Origin: Phoronis australis
Lineage: Eukaryota > Animalia > Phoronida
Direction of reading: 5' to 3'
Assembly (NCBI GenBank): GCA_002633005.1
Contig: NMRA01000067.1
Location: 1,057,553 to 1,121,552, forward strand
Length of the DNA: 64,000 bases
In this document: positions 56,601 through 64,000 of the stretch, one piece after another
Layout of the letters: the number at the start of each line of letters is the position of its first letter
How positions within the stretch are numbered: position 1 is the stretch's first letter
The notes under the pieces: generated by a model
Seen by the model: the letters and a program-made list of their open reading frames with translations, nothing else
Told to the model about the DNA's origin: nothing
The model's database searches: none
Position numbers and translations under genes: made by a program

Positions 56601-58561
56601 CCCCCTAGTGGCAATTTTAGTTTTTTACGTTTACCTCTGTATCTTCAAAAGTCCTGAACGGATTTTCGTAAAATTTGGTATATAGGCACCTATTAGAGAG
56701 ATGATGCTGTCCTCCCGTTTTTGGATGGATTCAATGTAGTTTGTGCCATCTAGTGGCCTCTTTTACTGTTTTCGATTCTGTTTTTTTGCGTCCACTCCTC
56801 TATCAACCAAACCGCTCAAAGAATGATTCATTGTGAAAATTGGTATGTATGTTCCTACTATGAATTGGACGGCTGACGATGATTTTTTGATGATTTCGAC
56901 TAATGTGGCACATCCTAGTGGCAGTTTTTTTACGCCTAAGGCTATATCTCCTAAACCGTTCGAAGGATCTTTACTAAATTTAGAAAGTGTATTTATATGA
57001 TGTTGACAACTGACGACGACGACTTTCAGACAGACCTGACTACTGGTGTGCCACCCAGTGGCAATTTTATTTTTTTCACGTTTACCCCTGTACGTTCAAA
57101 GGTCCTTAATTAGTTTCATAAAATTTGGCATACTGGCATCTTTTAATGAGGTGACGCTATCACTCAGTTTTCAGATGGATTCGACCTAGTTTGCGCCACC
57201 TATTAGCCATTTTTACTGTTTTTTGGCGTCCACTCGTCTATCAAGTAAACCGCGTTCGGGATTAATGTGAAAATTGGCATGCATGTTTTTACTAGGAAGT
57301 AGACAGCTGACGATGATTTTCCGATGTGTTCAATTACTGTGGCGCCTCTTAGTGGCTGTTTTGTTTTTTATTTGCGCCCATGGCTGTATCTCCTAAACTG
57401 TTTGCAGGATCTTTATTTAATTTAGCAAGTGTATTTATATGATGTTGACAACAGACGTTTACGACTTTCGGACAGATCTGACTACTGGTGTGCCCCTTAG
57501 TGGCAATTTTAGTTCTTTACATTTACCAGTCTGTATCTTCAAAGGTCCTCAATAAATTTTCACAAAAATTTGAAGATAGGCATCTATTAGTGAGATGACG
57601 CTATCATCCTGTTTTTGGATCTAATCGAGGTATTTTGCGCCACCTAGTGGCCATTTTTGCTGTTTTTTGAATCTTGTTTTTGGCGTCCACCCCTTGATCA
57701 ATCAAATCATTCTAGGGATGGTTTTGAAAATTGGCGTATATGTTTTCAGTGTGAAGAGGACGTTTGATGATGGTGAATGGCTACTGAAGCGCCTTCTAGT
57801 GGTAGTTTTATTTTGTTTTTCACCCATTGCCGTATATCCAAAACCCACTGCAGGATCTTTATTAAATTTAGTAAGTGAATTTATATGAAGATAACAGACT
57901 TTCTGGCGTATCGAATGGACACTGTGCTCACAGGTGGCAATTTCATTTTGTTCCGTTTCCTTTATTTCTCTGAAGTTCCTTGATAGATTTTTATGAAATA
58001 TGGCATGTTTCCGTATTTGGATGGATTGTACATTTTTGTGCCATTTACCATTAGTGGCCATTTCTATGATACGAATAAATAAACCTAAAACACACCATTT
58101 GCGATGCTCTTGTTTTTATGAAGGCAACGAAGATCCCTCAGGAAAGTGTCATTCAGAATCAGTTGAGCTTAAACAGTTCAATATACATGGCTTTTCCCAC
58201 CGTGGGAGGTAATTGAAACAAAAGTTAACCTATAGCATGGAAAGCAGATAACTTTGAAAAGTTTAGTGTATAACATACATAGCAGGTAAAGGACACCATC
58301 TCTCTCTCTCTCTCTCGTTATCAGGAGGTGCTGGACAAAATTAAGCAGCGTCTGGAAAAGAGCCAGCAAGACCAAGACCACCTGAGGGTGTGGGAATCTA
58401 AAGACAGGAGTATCCAGGAGCATAACTTTGAGCGCGTCAACTTCTTCTCCGGCCTCCAGCTCTTCATCATGATCTCAGTTGGCCTCATCCAAGTCCTAAT
58501 GGTGCGCAGTCTGTTCGACGACAAGAGCAAAACCTCTCAATCGTTCAAAGCACGCACGTGA
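47659..58561 (+). CDS. p24/emp24/TMED cargo receptor, gamma-subfamily-like (TMED1/TMED5-like), GOLD domain
   Basis: Exons 47659-47817 (signal, DLTIEIPTGAEECLFQ...EVEYQ), 49541-49638 (VIDGGDLDISF), 51780-51897 (GDYKICLDNSYS; duplicate at 55245-55362), 52554-52619 (duplicate at 56021-56086) and 58325-58561 (coiled coil, ESKDR, NFERVNFFS, TM, short tail). All GT-AG and phase-consistent using one copy of exons 3-4. Confidence 0.92.
48153..48682 (-). mobile_element. TRIM (miniature non-autonomous LTR retrotransposon) with tRNA-like LTRs
   Basis: 5' LTR 48682-48526 and 3' LTR 48249-48153, both TGTTGTG...TTACGACA. PBS TGGCGTAGTCGGCA at 48523-48510. PPT AAAGGGGGGAA abutting the 3' LTR. Flanks TGTC/TGTT form an imperfect 4-bp TSD. 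Confidence 0.85.
49118..49420. mobile_element. MITE-like element with ~80-bp terminal inverted repeats; one-arm copy at ~48040-48150
   Basis: aattatgactca...catagagggacact pairs with ggtgtccctctatg...tgaggcataatt. The same arm occurs next to the TRIM. Confidence 0.7.
50640..51560 (+). mobile_element. Highly degraded CR1/L2-like LINE remnant
   Basis: ESENYVKSLGVTLDN at ~50652 and (W)NSLPEDLRECAGLKVFKSLL at ~51360 resemble the YLGV.LD and WNSLP...FK motifs of CR1/L2 ORF2. Confidence 0.5.
51082..51300 (-). mobile_element. Penelope-like element GIY-YIG endonuclease remnant (second copy at 54549-54760)
   Basis: HSMLTGHEIGFSGVKTLGKDPNTFKQCIHESIRIK...SLNRN fits the Penelope EN C-terminal pattern H...GH.I.F...K.L..E.....R.I.E.I.I......LNR. 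Confidence 0.7.
53419..54332. other. Assembly gap (N-run)
   Basis: 914 consecutive N. Confidence 1.
54333..54543 (+). repeat. 46-bp minisatellite, ~4.6 copies, running out of the gap
   Basis: Unit ccataacaccaagtgaacatcacaatgtcattaac(tg/ca)acaatacat starts at 54333, 54379, 54425, 54471 and 54517. Confidence 0.95.
54548..56889 (+). repeat. ~2.3-kb near-identical duplicate of 51080-53418 (includes TMED exons 3-4)
   Basis: Colinear, with only scattered substitutions and small indels. The two copies flank the N-gap. Confidence 0.95.
56424..58113 (-). mobile_element. Family-A HINE on the minus strand in the last TMED intron (partial allelic copy at 52955-53418)
   Basis: Reverse-complement match to 14053-15320: attatgcgcccacatatttatatgtggac end, about four ~400-450-bp internal units, and a gctcttgt 5' terminus. 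Confidence 0.85.
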
Positions 58562-61500
58562 GGCTCGGGGATGTGAGCTATGGTGCGACTAGATGCTGTA
58601 GGTGTGCATCCTGGTTAGTGTGGACTTATTGTTCAGTCGAGCTGCAGTTCATGAGCTTTAAATGAGTCTGCTGCCGATTTTACATGTTCTGCCGTTCTTG
58701 GTGTGTTTATCTATTAACACTTGATCCTACCTGAATCGTCCTATGCAAAATGTTTATGACTATGATCAGTGTTTTTCATGTGAATGCTATGTCAAGATGT
58801 TCGTGTTTGTGCAATCTTAAATCACTATTTAGCCACTGAACAAACAGCTACAAAGAGCAGTCGAAGAGCCTATTGAACAAATATATGAGCTGCATGCCTT
58901 GATTCACTTTGTGATTCAATAACAATTTAATGGTTAATAATAACTTAGTCCCCATAATCATTTTACTGATCATATCTGGGTGTCTGTGAACTTAGCCTTT
59001 ATGTTAAATCTGTGTTGTTAGTTCTTGAAGGCTATAATGCGAAATATTTTTTTCAGCTAGTTTTGCAGCAACTGTTTTTAATTTTCTGAGTCGCAAACAA
59101 CGAATTCTCAGTGAATACTAATCAAATGGTGGTGGTTTAGAACTGGACAGTACAAGCAGCTGTTTATCTGTCAGCGTAAGAGTACGTGCTTTGATGTGAA
59201 ATTATTAAAGTGTTACGGTTTCTGTTTCAGTTTAAACCTAACATCAGATTCCGGTGGGCAAATTTTGTTTACTAGGTACTTAGTTACGATTCACAGGAAA
59301 AGACAATTGCTCAAATTTAAGTTATTAGCCTGAAGACAACATCAAAATAGAACAAAATGTGTTACATGAGAGATTAGTAAATAAAGTTATTTTAAATTAT
59401 TGAACTCTTATTTTGTAAAAGTATGCTTATATTGTGTGTAATACGAGGTGAAACTAATTCTTGGTCAGTTTTATACAACGAGGAACATTTAAAGATCCAT
59501 CAGCACTAATTAGGTCAAGCCAAAATTGCACCACTACACTGAAACAGATAAAGAGAGCTGTGGTGAATCTTCTCATTAAAAGCAATCAAAGAACTCCACT
59601 GGTTCCATTTTGATCAAGTGAAAATCGATAAATGGCAATTCATCCCGTGAAAAAATTGAGAAGGGTACCTCCCAAAACATGAATTAATGAAAATGGTCAG
59701 TTTTCAAAGATGTCGCTGTATACATTCGTCTACGCTACATCAACAGGACATTATTTAGAGTCCATGTCAAAACTCATTGGCGAGTTTCTTAATCAATCGG
59801 GGGATTGGAAAAAATACTCGTCTCCTTAAATGGCACGAGGTATCAAAAGTCCCGTGCATTCCTACCACGCAATAAGGTAATGTTACTGCCACAAGAGGGA
59901 CTCGTTCAACCTAACCTTGCTTCTCGTCTTGCAAATGCTCGTGCTGGTTTGTCAAGATTTTCTTCGAATGAATTCCTCAGTGGGTGACAACCTTTTTGTA
60001 GATAGTGCTGAAATGTTGGGTCACATCTTGTGGGACTAGCTTTTGCTACCCACACAGATATGCTGCCAAATGGGACTCACTTTTTGAGCAAGATACTCGA
60101 GGCTGGGGTACATTTATAAGACAAATAACTTGCTATCGTGTTGCAAGCCTCCTATAGCAAAAAACGAGAAGTAAAACGGCCGTCATAAACTGTGGCCAGG
60201 CTTGTTCAAATTCAGCTAAATAGTCCTGCGCATGACATATAGCAAAGATATTTGCGTGCTAGTTCAGGATGCGACAAGGACTATACAAATATTTGATGAG
60301 ACTGGGGTTTTGTTTTTAATAGATCTACTGCTAACTGTCTAGCCCAGGTATTTAATTTGTCAGAGATACAGTTCAAAAGGGGTGAAATATTATTTGCCAA
60401 CAGGTCAGTTATTTTAATATTAATAAATTGAAATTAAAAATCACCTCATCAACCTCTTTTTCGCTCTTTGGAATTTTGTTTGATGATAAACTGGGCAAAA
60501 CATTTCCGTATGCCGCGAAGTGGATCCTAAATAAGAGTTTGAATCCCACACTTAGTTCACTGTGAAAGCAACAGACTATATTCAATTCCATGCCATGACT
60601 TACCTCAAAAACCTACCTGCTGTATGCTGGTTCGGTAACTGGCCTAATTATGTTGCACAAGCAGCAGAATTAAGAGAAGCAGACTACTGGCAACATTTTT
60701 CAAAGTTTCTAGGTTGTAAAAGTTACATGTACATCACTTGTTGGATTTTCAAAATTCAAAAACCTAACCACACGTACTTTTCACAAACTGTTCAAAATAA
60801 TGTTTCAAAACAAAAATTTAAAACTAGTTGAGTGGCCCAATCTTGGCCAGTTAGGGTGTCATTGCATGATTCTTTTCATGAATTCTCTGCTAAATTGCCA
60901 CTTCATGAAAGTGACTGTGTTTATAGCGTATAAGGAAGAAAATTATAGGATATCTGTAGGCAGCAAAGGAAAGTTAATGACAATTATCCAACCTTTGATT
61001 TGCAAAACATATTAACAAAAATCATAACAAGTGAAGCTCAATACAGACTGCTTTAATAGGGCCACAGCTAACCACATTATAATATGTGCACAATACAAAT
61101 ATTAAAGATCACAAGACAAAGAGCAAATTTTACACAGCTCATTATGCACTTCATTACCTATGCTTAACACGATAACTACACTACGTCTATAACTAATTCT
61201 TCCTTGATTCTTGTCTCAATTATGACAAGTATTATACCTGGTTAAGCTAGGAATGTAAATTCGATGTAAATAGAACAAATAAATGGTAACTATCAACACT
61301 TGGAATGTCTATTGAGGTAAGTTGAACTTTCATCAACATAAAGCAAAAAATCGATATAACTATAGTGTAATTTACATTTAGTAGATAAAAAGCACTTGAT
61401 GCAAGTATATTATAGATTTGACATTTGCATGGAAGGTAAAATGTGCTACCAACTACTGTCAGTAAGATGAATGTTTATTCAAGCATTCATAATGTAATAA

Positions 61501-62775
61501 TGCAAACATTTTTGCATCAAATGTCAAGAAATAAATAACTGTGGGCAAATGCACCACGGTACACTACTGAGTACTATCAGGTAGCTCCATCTCTAGGCCA
61601 AAATTGCCATAACAAGCAGAGTATACGGTGAATACCAACCAGCAATGAAGGATTATTCATTTTAAAACATTCAAGTTAGGCCAACATGTGCTCACTGTTT
61701 CATGTAATAGCACAAAAGCACAACAAACTGCACTCATTGCCCAGGGCAAACAAAAGGGGCCATTACAACCAAACAAAACAATATATGACATTTGTACAGT
61801 GTGTACTCTTACAGGTTACAATCCAGGGACCTTTAAATAAATTGGGAACTAAAAAAACAGATGGAGGGCATCAACCTGAGAATGGGCACTTAAAAACGAA
61901 ATGTTTGAGTTGGAGGTGATCGTAAAAATTGGGTTTGGTGTTCACTTGAACAGTTGCTTCAGCTAAACAGCCAGAATGGAGTTAAACTGCATCGAACTCA
62001 CATGCATGAGTCAAATAAAACACAGCAACAGAGTAGGGGTATTTCACAGCTCGAATAAAGCAAGGTGTCACAACAACCGATGCCCCAAAGATATTGAGCT
62101 TTGCACGTTTTGGGAGCTACAATTTCTGTGGGACAGACTTCCACAAAGACACGGCACTTTCAAGGAAGTCTTGATCGCAATATTTGGTGATGGGCATTAA
62201 GCGGAGCGTGGGCATTTACATGCCAAGAATTATACAATGACACTTGGCTTACCTCAAAATCCAAGTGCTGCCTGGTGGTTTGGTAACTGGCCATATGATG
62301 TTACACACCCAGCAGAATTAAATGAAAGGCATAACATGACAGCATTGTAAAAAATTTTTTAGCTGAACCGTGTGTACTTTTCACAAACTATTCAAACGCC
62401 ATGCTACTTAAAAATTTTCAAAACTAAAATTTGAAATATTTAATACCTCCGTCACCTCCACTGTGTTCATAATGGGTCTAATTGTCTAGAGAACAGCAGC
62501 CTGTGGTGTTCAAAAGCAATATAACAGCATTGTGTCTTTGATGACTGTGGCAGATTTTGATGTACGCAAACCAGTGGAGTGGCCCAATCTTGACCGGCGA
62601 GGATGACTACATTTAATTATTAGGATTCTTTTCATGAAAGTGAAAATTTGGAAAATTACAAGCATGGGTGATCAGTTTGAAAATGGGCGTTAACTCAGTT
62701 GAGTACGGTGCTGTTATTCTGTCACCAGTCTTTCCCACAAAGATCTCGTGGGTATATTAAAAAAGGTATGCTGGT

Positions 62776-62920
62776 CATCTTCTCTTGTTCTTTGACCTTT
62801 TCTTACCACTTCCCCAGCCAGGACCGAGGTCAACCTTTTTGTCGCGGAAGGATATCCTCTCCTTGACACGCTCAGAAGGAGCAGAGCTTGTCTTAATGGG
62901 AGGTAACTCCACTACATTGC
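62776..62920 (-). CDS. Putative terminal exon of a small basic protein (possible upstream exon ending ~63771)
   Basis: atttcag acceptor, then GNVVELPPIKTSSAPSERVKERISFRDKKVDLGPGWGSGKKRSKNKRR-stop. A phase-compatible GTAACG donor closes an open frame that runs in from the window edge. Confidence 0.4.
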
Positions 62921-63149
62921 CTGAAATGAGTTAATGATTGGCCACACTGAAAATTAATCCTTCAACATGTGACATATTGTTACATTGCATCGCGCCCAAA
63001 ATTGATAGTAATGTATTTTAGGCAAACGTGACTCTAATCGAGATCTGGCAACCATTAAAGAACGCAAGAACACTCCCTTAAATTCGACATAAAACCACAT
63101 TATATGAATGGACATTATTTATTATTCATCCAAGTGAATAATTACATGA

Positions 63150-63315
63150 AGAGTCACTCAGAAAGCACATGCTTCGGCACTGAAGGGCAAATCCCAGTGG
63201 TATAAACTAAGACAGAAGACATGAGGATTCTGGACAGAGAAAGTTCTTGGTTTGAATGAGGTGTGACAGAAGTTGTTTGGGTTAAAGCTAAGAATCCTCT
63301 TTCAATAGACATGCA
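63150..63315 (+). mobile_element. Penelope-like element endonuclease remnant
   Basis: EDMRILDRESSWFE*GVTEVVWVKAKNP..NR resembles the Penelope motif ILDRE..WFERGVKEAI.V....P.LNR. Confidence 0.7.
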
Positions 63316-64000
63316 AATGCCAGAATTAAACCATTGGATTCATGGTCCAGGGCCTCGTCTATGAACAGTGGCAAAGGGCAACAAAATTTTGGTGGGAACC
63401 AATCCCTCATAGGAGCCAGGCACCTCCGCAATGTCGGTAGTAAGTTCCAGAAGTAATAATTTACAGTTTTTCGTATAAAACTACATTGTTTGACTCTTAA
63501 AACAAACTTTTCAAAAACTTAATGCAAGATGACATAACAGCTGCCATTACAAATATTTCACGTTGAGTTTCCCAAATGAAGTCAGATGAATCTAATCTTA
63601 ACTACCAAATGTCTTGTGGTATAACTGGCAGGGCTTGGAATGACCAATGACAAAAAACGCGGAAACTTTGAAACTTTTACGGCCCAAATCATCACCCGAT
63701 AACCAGCCTAGAACTGGTCAATGTGAACCTTTCCCCGACAAAAATCGGGAGGACTAAAAAAAAACGTTACCACCATCAGTAGCATGCGTCTGCGTCCTTT
63801 TAGCTCGCCCGTCTACTCCCAACCCACACATTTTTGGCTGCAGAGCGGTAGTATTTGTCGCCGCGCTTAACAATAACACGAGACGCCATTGAAAATCACA
63901 CCACGCTATCCCAGATGCCCCGGCAATGTTGACAATTTACGTTCCTCCAAACATAAAGAGCAACTTCCGCTTTTCGAGGTGAACGTCGTCTGCAACGCCG

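Overview
This is eukaryotic genomic DNA from an invertebrate (the repeat families and gene content suggest a lophotrochozoan such as a mollusc; this is inference). The draft assembly has two N-gaps (2323-2717, 53419-54332) and two single-N joins (11737, 31205). Genes from left to right: (1) a spliced STMC6/Shisa-like single-pass membrane protein (minus strand); (2) a Cys-rich-ectodomain family-B/adhesion-type GPCR (minus), with its middle missing at an N-join; (3) an intronless 1857-aa type-I membrane protein (minus) with a propeller-like domain, 4 Sushi-like repeats, one TM helix, about 15 novel ~67-aa helical repeats and a C-terminal dynein-stalk microtubule-binding-like domain, which is the most striking object in the window; (4) an 18-exon KIAA2026/BRD10 orthologue (minus); (5) a divergently transcribed p24/TMED gene (plus) whose exons 3-4 are duplicated across a gap, probably as two alleles; (6) a possible small basic protein gene at the right edge. 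Repeats include several Helentron-associated (HINE-type) elements, CR1/L2 and Penelope remnants, tRNA-derived SINEs, MITE-like foldbacks, a Penelope-type hammerhead ribozyme within an inverted repeat, and a 530-bp TRIM with tRNA-like LTRs and a tRNA-Ser primer-binding site. All homology calls come from motif recognition by eye; no searches were run.
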